A stretch of 64,000 nt of DNA from Felis catus (GCF_018350175.1 NC_058369.1:2730001-2794000); one strand, 5' to 3'; counted from the first letter of the stretch, positions 1 to 12,890 are shown. Translations and numbers: made by a program. The notes: a model not told the origin generated them from the sequence alone.

Positions 1-166
1 GTGGCCCCTCGGAATGCCTGACCACGCAGGGCACCCGGCCACGCAGGGGCAGGTGACGGAGCGAAAGCGGCAAGTGGCAGGCTGATGTTTACGTCTTCAG
101 CATGGTGGCGGTGCGATCATTCAACACAAGATGTGGCCTCACGTTGGCACAGAAACATACACGTGT

Positions 167-167
<1 letters not shown>

Positions 168-203
<36 letters not shown>
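168..203. repeat. (GT)n microsatellite
   Basis: Direct inspection. Further tracts at 657-714 (GT/GC mixed) and 19562-19590 (CA)n, and a poly-G run at 19259-19289. Confidence 0.9.
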
Positions 204-204
<1 letters not shown>

Positions 205-205
<1 letters not shown>

Positions 206-655
206 GTGTCTGGCATTGTGTTTCCCGCCACAAACGCAAATTCGTGGGTGGAAGTCCTAACTCCCCAGGACCTTGGAACGCGCAACCTCACGTGCCCATA
301 GGGTCATCGCAGACATGCTGAGTTCAGATGACGTCACACGGGTATAGGGCAGTAGTGACCCACTGAAAAGGGAAATCCGGACACAGACACACGGGGCGAA
401 GCCAGGTGACAAGGAAGGCAAAGAGATCGGGGCGGCACCTGATTAAGCCAAGGAACACCAAAGATGGCCAGTGACCCCCCCGGAAGCCGGACGGCCTGTG
501 GCACATTCTCCCTCGGGGGCCTCAGAAGCAACCAGCGCTGATCAAGTCCTTGACGTTGGACTTCTAGGCCCCAGAAGTGTGAGGCGATACGTTCACAGTA
601 GTTCAGGGCCCCGGTTTGTGGTGCTCTGCTGGTGCAAGTCCTAGAAAACGATCAC
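205..655 (+). mobile_element. MaLR (MLT1-like) solo LTR remnant
   Basis: Resembles MLT1 motifs (atagggtcatcgcagac..., ttggacttctaggccccagaagtgtgagg, tttgtggtgctctgctg...cctagaaaac); flanked by (GT)n tracts. Confidence 0.55.
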
Positions 656-1054
656 TCTGTGCGTGTGTGCGTGTGTGCGTGTGCGTGTGTGTGCGTGTGT
701 ATGTGTGTGTGTGTAGGAAAAGTTTTAGTAAACGTAACAAGCTGATAATGGGGAATATGGTGGACGGGCGGCGGCCTTAACTACACAGACTTTAAACGGA
801 TTTCCACGTTATTTGCCTCGTAAGGTTAATTTCAAAAACAAAGAAGCTTAAGTCATCCTTAATGGATCTTGTATTTCCAGGTCTGCAGGTTGGGAGTCTC
901 TTCCTGGCCTCCGACGACACAAATTTCTCCATGAAACGCAGAAATGGAGGCCAAAGAAAGGAACGCGCGCAATTTACGACTTTCGGCAGCCGTGGCTGCT
1001 GGTTTTCCCGCGAGCTGGGTCTTGAGAGGCCTTTATGTTGCTAAGAAAAAGCAA

Positions 1055-1170
1055 GGGGGGCGCGCCTGGCTGGCTCTGGCGGTGGAGCGCGCGCCTCTTG
1101 ATCCCGAGGTCGTGAGTTCAAGCCCCCATGTTGGGTGTGGAGGCTACGCAAAAGAAGAAAAAGAAAAAAC
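1055..1170 (+). mobile_element. Short, older carnivore tRNA-SINE
   Basis: A/B-box-like head (cctggctggctc...gagttcaagccc) followed by an A-rich tail. Confidence 0.7.
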
Positions 1171-1450
1171 GATTCGTCGTTTGGGGGCTGAAAGGATCTG
1201 CTCTTGAAATGCACGCAGGATGTCAAGTCGAACCGGATAAAGGCTGCTACTCGTAGACGTCGCTTGTTGGGGGGTGTGGGGGCGTGTGGATCGCATGAAA
1301 TGGGCTGAATCCACTGCAGATTGGACCGAAGACGCTTTTGTAATTTTTTCCAGAAAATGTCCGTGCCACGAGATGTTTTGTTTGTTTGTTTTCTCGATGC
1401 CAAGGAGCTGCAAATTGCCTTCAAAATCGACCTCAAAACACTTCATTGCT

Positions 1451-1693
1451 GGGGTGCCTGGGTGGCTCAGTCGGTTGAGCGTCCGACTTCAGCTCAGGTC
1501 GCGATCTCGCGGTCCGTGAGTTCGAGCCCCGCGTCGGGCTCTGGGCTGATGGCTCGGAGCCTGAAGCCTGCTTCCGGTTCTGTGTCTCCCTCTCTCTCTG
1601 CCCCTCCCCCGTTCATGCTCTGTCTCTCTCTGTCCCCAAAATAAATAAACGTTAAAAAAAACATTTAAAAAAAAAAAAAACAAAAAACAAAAA
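1451..1693 (+). mobile_element. CAN-SINE (SINEC_Fc-like)
   Basis: tRNA-derived head, (CT)n tract, A-tail; TSD aaaaca[c/g]ttcattgct at 1435-1450 and 1690-1705. Confidence 0.92.
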
Positions 1694-1999
1694 CAGTTCA
1701 TTGCTTTTCGATGGACCAGAAGACCCCCGCCCCGGATTTCCTCAGGGGGTACCTTGGGAGTGGGGAAGACAGTTTCCAAGGCAACGCCAGGTCACTCAAG
1801 CCCGAGGGGGCGGGGCTTGGAGGGCGCGGCTTCCCCCGCCTCCCTGCGTGGACTTGTCACCTGGATTGTTTCTAGCCGAGCGGCGAGAGGCAAGGGTGAC
1901 CGACGAAGCAACAGCAGGGGCTGGATGGAGTCCGGGTCTGTCAAAATTCCAGGGCGCGGTCCTCTTACTCGACCCTGGGCTGCCTCGTAGGAAAACAGG

Positions 2000-2610
2000 T
2001 TTACTGAGATTTAATTCACGTGCCATATAATGCATCCATTTAAGGTGTGCAATTCCGTAGTTTTTAGTATATTTATAGCTCTGCCACCAGCACTGCGGGC
2101 TAATCTTAGAACATTTTGATCACGCCCGAAGAAACTCCGCGCCCATTAAGCAGTCTCTCCCCACTCATTCCCCAGCCCCAGGCAACCACTCACTTCCCGT
2201 CTCTGTGAAGCTGCCTGTTCTGGACATTTCGTATGAATGGAGCCACACACTTGTGGTCTTTTGTGGCTGGCGTCTTTCGCAGAGCATCATGTTTTCAAAG
2301 TTCACCCTTGTCGTAGCGTGAGTCAGCAATTCATTCCTTTTTACGGCTGCTAATAGTCTATTGAACGAAGGGACCACATCTTGCCTATCTGTTTACCCAT
2401 TGGACGGGACACTTGGGCTGTTTCTACTTCTCGGCTGCTGTGAATCATGCTGCCGTGAACATCCGCGTACACGTTTCTGTGTGGACGGGCGTTTTCGATT
2501 CTCTTGGGTGGATCCCTAAGAATGGGGTTTCCGGATCGCGTGGGACCTTCATGTTTATTTAGTGTTTCGAGGCGTTGCCAGGCTGTTTTCCAAGCGCTTG
2601 AAATTTTCTG
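2000..2610 (-). mobile_element. Old L1 (L1M-type) 3' remnant
   Basis: tttactgagatttaattcac...ccatttaaggtgtgcaattc, cccagccccaggcaaccact and ctgttctggacatttc resemble L1M 3' ends. Similar pieces at ~10220-10560 and ~11290-11770. Confidence 0.65.
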
Positions 2611-2703
2611 CATTCACTCCTTTGTGTATTCAGCAAGTATGTAGCGAGCAGCCAGTAGGGGCACTGCGCTAGGGGTTGGAAGCCTTAAAAACCACCTGCC
2701 CCT

Positions 2704-2917
2704 GGGGCGCCTGGGTGGCTCAGTCGGTTGAGCAGCCGACTTCGGCTCAGGTCACGATCTCGCGGTCCGTGAGTTCGAGCCCCGCGTCGGGCTCTGTGCT
2801 GATGGCTCAGAGCCTGGAGCCTGCTTCCGATTCTGTGTCTCCCTCTCTTTCTGCCCCTCCCCCGTTCATGCTCTGTCTCTGTCTCAAAAATAAATAAACG
2901 TTAAAAAAAAAAAAAAA
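2704..2917 (+). mobile_element. CAN-SINE (SINEC_Fc-like)
   Basis: Full-length head, CT tract and A-tail; TSD aaaaaccacctg[c/t]ccct. Confidence 0.92.
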
Positions 2918-4089
2918 CCACCTGTCCCTAAAAGAGCCACTTAGGCCAAGTCACGACGTGCGGCTTCATACCTAACCTAACAGCAGTTGCCCCAGAAACG
3001 TTAAGTCTTAAAGGGTCAGTCGGGAACTTTCTCATAAGCACCAAGTAGGTAATTTGTCTCCTGGGCCCTGTGCACCTCAAAGAATGAGATAATCTGCAAA
3101 ATAAGACTTCCTGCTTAGAGAAGTGACCTTGCGTGGGACAATCCTTTCTTTTCTTTTGCTAAGAACCTCCTTGCCCCACCCTGCTTCCCATAGAAACCTT
3201 CCATTTTGTAAAACTCTTTGAGCCCCATTCGCGAATCCCTTAATAAAGCCAATTAGCTCTTCAAATTCATTCCGTTCAATTTTTGTTCTTCAGGGGCCCC
3301 TGGCTGGCTCAGCCACAGAGCAGCTGACTCTTGATCTCCAGGTGGTGAGTTCGAGCCCCACACTGGGGGTAGAGATTACTCAGATAAGCAAATAAAGCTT
3401 AAATTTTTTTTCTTTTGTTGTTGTGCTGTAGCAGAGGAAACAAACGTGTGGAGAAAAAATAAGACAGGGTGTACGGGGGAAACCTCATCGAGAAGGTGAC
3501 ATTTTAGCAAAGACCTGAAGGAGATCAAGCCGTGAGCCTGGCCGATAACCTGGAGGAAGGGCACAGCAGGTGCAAAGGCCCAGAGGTGGGAATGAGTGAA
3601 ACGGACATGTCTGTGTTTGAGGAGCAGCAAGGAGGCCGACGGAAGAGGCGGATGAGGGCAGGGAGGTGATGTGGGCAAGGTGTGTGAGGTCTAATAGGAC
3701 GTGGTGCACAACCAGTGACCCCAACTGTCATCGCGGGAGTAGGGCAGTCCCAGGCAGACCATAAGACCACGCTGCCGCCTGCGGGCCCCCAAAATCCCAG
3801 AGCAGAGGCTCCTGCCCCTCCATGTTAACGAGGTTCTTGCAGCCTTCCTGTCCCAGCCTCCTGGTCCTAACCATCGTTCAAGGTCCCCATCGCACAGGAG
3901 GGAAAGCCGCGCACGTCCCCGGGAGGCGGGGAGAGCAGCCCCTGCTGGCTCAGGGCAGGACGAGGCACAGCTGGACTCCGGAGGCCCTAAGTTCAGGGAA
4001 CGGAAAGCTGACTCGCCCGCCAGGTTTGCAAGACACTGAGAACAGGTCCCACCTAGTCCTGAGGCAGGGGCCTGCCGGGAAGGACCTTA

Positions 4090-5000
4090 ACCCTTTCCCT
4101 AGCAACCTGCCGCTGTCTCCATGACAACTAGGGAGGGGCCCGATCTGGCCCGGCAGGTCCGGGATCCCGCAGGGGCGGGGAGTCTCGCCTTCACCGGGAG
4201 AGGAGGAACCCGAGCCGCGCCTACTAGCCCTTTAAGGGGCTCCGCCCTGCGAGGCCTCAAAGCGCCCTGATTGGCCCCGAGAGCGGCCGAGCGCAGCCGA
4301 ACTTGACGCACCCGCCCGCAGCCTTCCCTCTCCACCTCCCACGCGGCCCGGCGGCTACCCCAGCCAATCGCCGACCGGCGCGCCAACCCTCATCTGCATG
4401 GTCACACCCCAGGGAAAGACTGCACCCAATCCGACAACTCGAAGAGGCGGCATTAGCATGCCCGAGGCGGGGCGAGCGGCAGGGGCGGGCTCGGGGCGGT
4501 TGGTTGGAGCGTCGTAGCAGCGGAGAGGTCCGGGAAAGTTTCTTTGGAGGTGAAAACAGCCGCGGAACTCTGGGCCCTGCGAGGGGGTGGGGACGCGGGG
4601 GTCCTGGGGCTGGGGAGAGGCGCCCCTCGGACTGGAGGAGGGTGGGCCCGGGCCTTCCGGGGGACCATCGCCCAACAAAGGATCCCCGGGGCGCCCGCCC
4701 TCGAGGGCCTCCCCGCCCCTGGATCCGGCCCCCCCCCCCACCAAACGCCCCGGGCCCGGCATTCCGGGGGGCTCCCCCGCCGTCGGCGACTCGGGCGCCC
4801 CTCACTCGGCCACGCGTCTGCCTTCCAGGTGGGGCCGGGAGCGGCCATGTCCCACGGCTCCAAGCAGCCCGGCGCGGCCGCCGCGTGAGTGCGACATCCC
4901 CTCCCCCAGCCCACTCGGGGCTGCAGCCCAGCCCCCGCCCGCCCTGTCGGAACTCCTGGACCCCCGTCCCCCAGGGTCTTGACTCCCCCCACACACACCC
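4090..5000 (+). promoter_or_regulatory. HMG20B: HMG20B CpG-island promoter / non-coding first exon region
   Basis: CpG-dense. CCAAT boxes at 4270-4274 (ATTGG), 4364-4368 and 4426-4430; GC boxes ~4482-4500; X-box-like GTCTCCATGACAAC 4115-4128. Acceptor ccttccag at 4828 precedes the ATG exon. Confidence 0.75.
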
Positions 5001-8000
5001 GGGTCAGGACCTCCCCGGTGGGTCCCCGCCGGCCTCTTCCCCCACCCACCCCTGCCACTCCCCGGCCCAGCCCCTCCCAGGGGTCTCTGCCGCCCCTCTT
5101 GTGCTCCTCCTGCCCCGTCCCGCGAATAATGACCCCGTCGGACGCCTGCCCCCAGGACTCAGGCCCCCTCAGTGCCAGCTCCGCGGTCGGGGGTGGAGGT
5201 GAGGGTGGGGGTGACCCTGGCGTCCCGTGGCTCCAGGCCGGCGGGCGGCAAGGCTCCGGGACAGCACGGGGGCTTCGTGGTGGCTGTCAAGCAAGAGCGC
5301 GGCGAGGGCCCCCGGGCCGGCGAGAAGGGGTCCCACGAAGAGGAGGTGAGAGTCCCTGCACCGTGATGGGGGGAGGCCCTGGGTCTCGCCCACCGCCTGG
5401 AAGCTCCACCCCGGGCCAGATTTGAATTCGCTGTGGCTCCGCCCACAGCCCAGATTTTCCTCCCAGATCTGAGACCCCCGCCCCGTGCCGCATGCCACGC
5501 CCCCAAGGGGATCCTCAGTCACTAGGTCCGGGCCCCGCCCGTCGCCCAATACGGCTCCGCCCACCGCCCGGTGGGAGGCACCTTCCCATCGTCCTATGGG
5601 CCTTTGCTCCAGCACAGAAGCCACGCCCAGACCAGAGACCACACCCACAAGCCCGCCCCATCCCTGGGCCGAACCCCGCTGCAGATGCCACGTGCCCCGC
5701 CCCTCCGATCCCTCGCCCCCGGCCGGCGCTCCCCGAACGCCCCCCGCCCCGCCTCTCCCAAACCTGACCCTTCACCAGGCCCTACCTCCGGGCCCTCGCT
5801 CCTTGGGTAGGCCCCGCCCATCCCTCTAGCCCTGCCCCAGCCCTCCAGGCCCCTCCCAACGGCGCGGTGCGGTTCTGCAGCCGGTGAAGAAGCGCGGGTG
5901 GCCCAAGGGCAAGAAGCGAAAGAAGATACTGCCGAATGGGCCCAAGGCACCGGTCACCGGCTACGTGCGCTTCCTGAACGAGCGGCGCGAGCAGATCCGC
6001 ACCCGCCACCCGGATCTGCCCTTTCCCGAGATCACCAAGATGCTGGGTGCCGAGTGGAGCAAGCTGCAGCCCGCAGAGAAGCAGGTGGGACGGCGGGGGG
6101 CGGCGGAGGGGGCTGGCCCAGGACCACTGACCTTCACCCCGACACGCTGGACACTGCTGAAGCCACCCCACCCCCCAAAGGACCCTTGCTTTGTGGGGCC
6201 CTTGCTTCTGCCTGAGCGTTGACCACCCATGAGCTCTCCCCCGCATGCTGAAGCGAGCAGGGGAGGGTGGCAAGAAGAGACGTAAAGTCAATAACTAAGG
6301 TGGATGTGTCTGAAGAAGCAGGGGTGGGGGCTGGAGTCTTAGGCGATACCTTCCGAACTTCAAATCCTGGTAATTAACTGAAAGTTGCCACAACATCACG
6401 GGAACAAAAAGCACCACCGGTTCGCACCGTCTAAGTGGGATTTCAACAAGCAGAATGGGTGCGGGAGGGCAGTCCAGCCCACGGATGGGAGGCTGCGGTC
6501 AGAAGGCAGGGAGTGGTTTATAAAGGCGGGAGTCCGGGGGGGAGGACGGAGGTCTCTGAGCAGCAGGCTGAGAAGCCAGGTTTTCCCTGGAAAGGCGGGC
6601 GGTCGGGCGCTAGGGGCAGGTTGGGCACGGTGAGCTGAGTGATGGAGATGGCGTGTGCCCCTGGGCCCGGCCGAGCCTCCTACCGCCCCCCCCCCCCCCC
6701 CCAGCGGTACCTGGATGAGGCCGAGCGGGAGAAGCAGCAGTACATGAAGGAGCTGCGCGCCTACCAGCAGTCAGAAGCCTACAAGATGTGCACGGAGAAG
6801 CTTCAGGAAAAGAAGATCAAGAAAGGTGCGAGGGGACCCAGCCCCCCGGGCAGCTGGGTCCGGGCTCTGAGTCAGGCGACCCCGGCAGACCGCCCCGCCC
6901 TCCATGGGGCTCTCGTCCCATCAAGACGAGAGACCCCCTAACCAGACAGCTGTGAGTGAGCAGGGCCGGGCGATGCGGACGTGGGGGTACGCAGACACTG
7001 GGGGGCCTGTCCCAGGATGAGTAAGGCTAACGCGGGGAGGGGAGGAGGGTATCCCAGGCAGGGGGAACGGCACTTGCAAAGCAATGTGGGGGGTCCGAAG
7101 AGACCTGCCAGGCTGATCCTGCCCTCCTCCCTCCCCAACTAGAAGACTCAGGCTCTGGGCTCATGAATACCCTCTTGAACGGACACAAGGTAAGTGCCCC
7201 TCCTCCAAGGACAGTGCCTGGGCAAGAAAGGTCTGGAGGTCTTTAGACCCCTGGGTGAGCCAGAACCAACCGCTCACACTCACCGGAGGAAGCGAGTGTC
7301 CCACCTCCAGGCAGAGGTGGGACAGCCACATCCTGGGAATGTTGTTACCCAGATGGCCAGAGGAATCCCTCCCAAGCTTCAGGGACGTCCCAGAGGGGTT
7401 TTGGCTGCCCTCTCCCCCCAAATCGTCACCTTGTCCTGTCATCCCAGGGTGGGGACTGTGATGGCTTCTCCACCTTCGACGTCCCCATCTTCACTGAAGA
7501 GTTCTTGGACCAAAACAAAGGTGAGCACTGAGCAGGGGTTCTTGGGGAAGGGGGTGTTGGGAGAGTGGGTGGGCCCAGGCGGGAGGTAGCAGGCCCCCGG
7601 GGGTGGGTGGGTGGGTGGGGGGAATCTACCTCTCCAAGCCGAGGTGCCTACGTCCCGCAGCCCCCACCCCCGGAGCTGAGGTGTGGGGCTGGAGGCAGAG
7701 CAGTGACAGACGGCCAGGCAGGGGGGACACAGCTAAGGCAAAGGCCCGGCAGAGGGAAGGGAGGTAGCGCCAGGCTCTGATCCGGCTCCCCCACGCCGCA
7801 GCGCGGGAGGCAGAGCTGCGGCGCCTGCGCAAGATGAACGTGGCCTTCGAGGAGCAGAACGCCGTGCTGCAGAGGCACACGCAGAGCATGAGCAGCGCGC
7901 GCGAGCGCCTGGAGCAAGAGCTGGCGCTGGAGGAGCGGCGGACGCTGGCGCTGCAGCAGCAGCTCCAGGCCGTGCGCCAGGCGCTCACCGCCAGCTTCGC

Positions 8001-9428
8001 CTCGCTGCCTGTGCCTGGTGCGGAGGCCCCGCCCCGGCCCCGCCGGGCCGCCCAGCCCACACCCTCTGTCTTCCGAGCTCCGCCCCTCCGGCCCCGGCTC
8101 CACCTCCTGGGCCCGCCCCCGCCGGCCCACGCCCCCTATCTTCCGAGCTCCGCCCCTCCGGCCCCACCTCCTGGACCCGCCCCCGCCGGCCCACCTGGCC
8201 CACACCGTTTATCTTCCGAACCCCGCCCCGCCGGCCCCACCCCCTGGTCCCACTGGCACCGCCCCCGACTGCTTCGGGCCTGGAGCCCCGCCCCCGCGAC
8301 CCGCCAACCCCGCCCCCGGCCGTTCAACTCCGGCTCCGAAGGACCCCTCCCCTTCCCGAGCAAAGCACGCGCCCACCGCCCCCCTCCTCTCCGGCCTTCC
8401 ACGCTCTGGCCTGAGTTGACCTCGGTGACCTCCTCGCCAATTTGTCCCCGCCTCCCCCACCGCGACCTCGCCCCCACCACTTTCCATTTTCTGACCCCTT
8501 CCCTCAGCCGACCTGGATCTTTCTGGGTCTAGACGTCTTGATCCCCCACCCGACCCCACTGACGCGCCGCGCCTCTGGCTCCCTCCCCGGGACCCTGCCC
8601 TTGCAGACCCCCCTTCCCCCCCCCATTCTCTGACCTCCGCTTCCGGGGATCCCCGCCTGCGTGGACTGCCGCGCTGGGCTCCCGTGACCAGTCCCTTCTC
8701 TCCAGGCACGGGCGAGACGCCCACTCTCGGCACCCTGGACTTCTACATGGCTCGGCTGCACGGCGCCATCGAGCGCGACCCCGCCCAGCACGAGAAGCTA
8801 ATCGTCCGCATCAAGGAGATCCTGGCCCAGGTCGCCAGGTGTGTGCCGGGGCGAGTCCCGGGGCTCTGCTCGGTCCAGGGGGGGCTGTCCGGCCTGGGGC
8901 TTGGGGGGCTGCCTGGGGCTAGACGTGCCTTGGCGGGCCCCGTGGAAATGACTGGATCGCACCCTCCACCGTGGTTCCCGGAGTCTGTGGGCGCTGCCGG
9001 GTGGGATCCGGCCGTGGGATCTTATTCCGAGGCCACGGCCCACAAGGGAAGCTACCAGGTGGGGCTTGTTCGATGCAGGGGGCCGGTGGTCGGACCACTG
9101 TGGGGCGCTGGTGAGACCGGGTAGCTTATTCACAGTGCCGGGTGGGATATGCCCGTCCCTCTTGGCCAATGAGATCCACTGTGGGGGGGGGGGAGGGGGG
9201 CCTAGGACTTCCTACAGCCGCGCTGCTCGGTGGGCTTTTCGGGGTGGCTCCCAGCTGCCTGGATTAGGTGGGATCGACCCCAGGCCCCCTTCGTGGCATC
9301 TGTTTGGAAGTGCTGAGGGTTGGCGGCTGGCCTGTAGTGACCCCTGGGATGGGAGTCGGGGCTGGTAAATGGTGGGGGGCCCCATCACGAGTTCCCCCCC
9401 CCTTTCCCATCACAGCGAGCACCTATGA
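4847..9428 (+). CDS. HMG20B: High mobility group protein 20B (BRAF35), spliced CDS, 317 aa
   Basis: Coding exons 4847-4884, 5237-5345, 5881-6084, 6705-6825, 7143-7189, 7448-7520, 7802-8017, 8706-8838, 9416-9428 (954 nt), all GT-AG and in frame. Translation MSHGSKQPG...[42 protein letters not shown] (HMG box)...coiled coil...EILAQVASEHL*. Confidence 0.97.
8025..8245. repeat. GC-rich ~70-nt imperfect tandem repeat in HMG20B intron
   Basis: tcttccgagctccgcccctccggcccc...cacctcctgg...cccgccccgccggcccac at ~8068, ~8139 and partially at ~8212. Confidence 0.75.
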
Positions 9429-10076
9429 GGGTATCCGCCGCCCCATGGATCCAGAGAAGACCAAGCTCTGGTCACGGCCCCTTCTCCCCACCATGGAGGA
9501 GGATTGGGGGTCCACCTTTTGGGGCCGTGCCCAATCCTGCACCTTGGGGGCTCCAGCCCCCCTCAAATTAAATTTCTACAGCCTCCCTCTAGCTTTCAAC
9601 TTCCCCAGCACCCCGAACCCAGAAAACCACCTGCTGTACGAGGCACATCTAGAACCCAGAGCCCCGAGGCCCAGCAAGGCCTGCTCACCTTGCACGTCAC
9701 ACTACAGGGACATGGGGACACCACACACGGGCCGCGTATTCCAGGACACGGGGGGGGGGGGCCCACGGTAGCTTGCACATCCAATGTGGGGAGGGATGTA
9801 CCTACTATACCGGGTCTTGAGGACCGAGCCCTGGGACACAGGAGAGAGACAAACCCACAGCTGACACACTGGGACTCCCAGCAGGTGCTCCCCACAAGCG
9901 CCCCCACATGGGCGCGCAGCAGGGACAAGCCTATACTCCAGGCGGGGCCCCCTGCCTGTCACCCCCAGATTCCTGCACCCCAGCGCCGGGGAGGCTGGTA
10001 CCGGCCAGCCCTCCCTCATCCAGCTGAGGGGCCCATGTGGAGGCAGCCTCTGCCTTTGCTCAATCGGGACTTTTTA

Positions 10077-10082
10077 AATAAA
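10077..10082 (+). terminator. HMG20B: Polyadenylation signal AATAAA of HMG20B
   Basis: AATAAA ~650 nt after the stop, followed by a GT-rich downstream element (gtttgtggattttgcgtgtatgtgtgtg). Confidence 0.75.
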
Positions 10083-10642
10083 AAGTGGAATTTGAATTCC
10101 AGGTTTGTGGATTTTGCGTGTATGTGTGTGTTGGGGGGGCAGAGGTGGGCTAGAAGACGTGGCCCCCAGGACGCCCCCGTGCGTGTTCCGGACCTGCCCT
10201 CCCCCAGCGCCTGGCAACCCCCCCGACCCACTGAACTGTCTGGATTTGCCTGTTCTGGACGTTTCTCACACAGGGGGTCACGTGCTCTGCGGCCTTTTGG
10301 GTCGGTTCCCTCCCCGAGCGTCCACAGGGCAGCGGGCCTCCTGTTCGCCGCTGAATAACATCCCGGCGTGTGGACGGAGCCCCCACGGTTGTCCATTCAC
10401 CCGCTGATGGGCATTTGGGTTGTTTCCGCCCTTTGGCGGTTGTGAATCCTGCCGCGACCGTGTGCCTTCGGGCGTCTGATCGCCTGCCTGCCGTCGCGCG
10501 GGGCTTCTCCCCGGGAGTCAAGCTGCTGGCTCACGTGGTGATTCTGTGCCCGACTCACTGAGCGATCGTCTCCGAGACCGCTCGCGTCACGGAATACTGA
10601 AGGCATCTCGAAACTTCGGGAGGAGCATTTGACCAAACACCC

Positions 10643-11105
10643 GTATCGTGGATCGAATCGTGTTCCCTCAAAAACTATGCTGGAGCCCTCACCCCGGGCC
10701 CTGAGCATGTGACCTTATTTGGAAATAGGGTCCTTGCAGATATAATTAGTCAGGGTGAGGTCATCCTGGAGCAGGGTGGACCCCTGAGCCAATATGACTG
10801 GTGTCCTTATAAGAAGATGAAGATTCGGACACAGACTTGGGAGACGGCCACGTGACCACCGAGGCAGAAATGGGAAAAATACAGCTGCCAAAAAGCGCTG
10901 GAAAGGTCCGGCCACCACCAGAAGCTGGGGCACAGGGGAGGGCTCTGCTGAGGTCTGTGGGGGACTGGCGGGGGGCGGGGGCGAGAGCGTGGTCCTCGCC
11001 CATAAACTGATTTCACACTTCGGGCCCCCGGAACCGAGAGAGTACATCCCTGTTAAGCCACCCAGCTCGTGGTGCTTTGTTATGGCGGCCCCGGGAGACC
11101 GACAC
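10643..11105 (+). mobile_element. MaLR (MLT1-like) solo LTR
   Basis: atgtgaccttatttggaaatagggtccttgcagatataattag, atgactggtgtccttataagaag and ttaagccacccagc..gtggtgctttgttatggc are typical MLT1 motifs. Confidence 0.75.
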
Positions 11106-11386
11106 AACCAGATAATGTCACCTCCCCAGCCCAGGTCCCTGGTCCCACCTCCTCTTGGCCCAGGTAACGCCCACCCCGAATTTGCAGTCTGCCGGGCGGT
11201 TCTTGCTCTGCTGTTAGCCCCTAAGTATGTCTTCCGAAAAGAGTACCGTTTTGGGGAGGGGGGGGTTTCCTCGGTTTTTCAAGGTCTCAGAGTGTGCAAT
11301 TCTGTGGTTTCTCGTGCGTTTACAGAGTTGTGCAATCAGTGGCACGCTCTAACTCGAAAACATTGCCGTCACCCCAAAGAAACCCC

Positions 11387-11610
11387 GGGGCGCCTGGGTG
11401 GCTCAGTGGGTTGAGTGCCCGACCTCGGCTCGGGTCATGATCTCACTGCTGGTGAGTTTCGGGCCCCACGTCGGGCTCTGTGCCGACGGCTCCGGGCCTG
11501 GAGCCTGCTTCGGATTCTGTGTCTCCCTCTCTCTCCGCCCCTCCCCTGCTTGCGCTCTGGCTCTCCAAATAAATAAATAAACATTAAAAAAAAAAAAAAA
11601 GAAAGAAAGA
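11387..11610 (+). mobile_element. CAN-SINE
   Basis: ggggcgcctgggtggctcag head, CT tract and A-tail; inserted in an L1 remnant. Confidence 0.88.
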
Positions 11611-11789
11611 AACCCTGTACCCCTCAGCAGTCACCACCCGCCTCCCACCTCCCGCAGCCCCTGGCAGAAACGAGTCCACTTTTTGCCTGTGGATTTGTCT
11701 GTTGTGGTCACTTCACGTAAATGAATCACACACTGTGCGGCCTTTTGTGCCTGGTTCTCTCACTGAGTGTTGTGAGGTTGTTGTTGTTG

Positions 11790-12032
11790 TTTTTAATTCT
11801 TTTTTAATGTTTTATTCTTTTAATTATTTTTTTAACGTTTATTTTCGAGAGAGAGAGACAGACAGAACGTGAGCGGGGGAGGGGCGGAGAGCGAGGGAGA
11901 CAGAATCCAGAACGGGCTCCAGGCTCCGAGCTGTCAGCACAGAGCCCCGCACGGGGCTCGAACCCGGGAACCGTGAGATCATGACCTGAGCCAAAGCCAG
12001 ACGCTGAGCCGACTGAGCCACCCGGGCGCCCC
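11790..12032 (-). mobile_element. CAN-SINE
   Basis: T-rich tail, (GA)n, reverse head ending gccacccgggcgcccc. Confidence 0.88.
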
Positions 12033-12890
12033 TCCTTCCCTCCTTTTCCACCCGTAACCTGGAGGTCCCTTCATTCCCTCGCCGAAGACTGCTTGAAGGC
12101 CTGCTGCGGGCCAGGCACTGGGCACCCGGGATATGGCTGGGAAAAGAGAGGTCAGAGCAGCCGGCCTCCCGTAGCTGACGCTCCAGTTGTGGGGACGGCC
12201 ACCTGGTGTGTCAGCTGGTGCTCTGGGGAAAGAGATTGAGAGGTGGAAGGAGGAGGCAATATTTGATCAAGTGGCAGAGGAAGGTGAGGGGAGGAACCAG
12301 TGGGTGACTGAGAGATGGCATTCCAGGCAGTAGGAACAGCGTGTGCAAAGGCCCCGGGGTAGGACCGGGCCTGGCCCATTAGAGGAAAGGGGGGGGGGCC
12401 TTTTGGCGGGTGCATTGTGAGGAGGGGGAGACCGGGAGGAGGGGAGGGCGGGAAGGAGTTGGGGCCGGTCCTGCAGGGCCTTGTGGGCCTCTGGAAGGAC
12501 TTGGGCTTCTACCCCAGGGGAGGACGGGGCCCTGGGGGGCGGTGGCTGAGGTTATCCAAGGGTTTGTCTTCCCCCACCTTGCAGGAAGAATTAAATGAGT
12601 GCGCCTGGCAGAGACTGGGCGCTCGGCATGCTCCCTGGTGATCCGGGTCCCCCACCCCCACCCCCACCCCCACCCCCACCCCCGGGAGCGCACAGCTGGC
12701 CCTGCCAGGGCCCGGACACCTGGGGCCGCCCCCACCCCGCACCCCGCGGTGTCGCCTTCCCGGGCGGCTCGGATTCCCGGATCCCCTTACCCCAGCGGCT
12801 CGGCTGTCGGGCCCCGGGCCGGGGGAGGGGGAGGCTGCAGGAAGCGGCGGATCCGGCGGCGGCTGTGGCCCGGGTGGCCGAGCTCCGGCC

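Noticed and set aside
1451..1530. tRNA-like A/B boxes
   Set aside because: SINE heads, not tRNA genes; no complete cloverleaf.
1274..2897. Short ORFs with GAWVAQSV...[14 protein letters not shown] motifs (recurring through the window)
   Set aside because: Translations of CAN-SINE copies.
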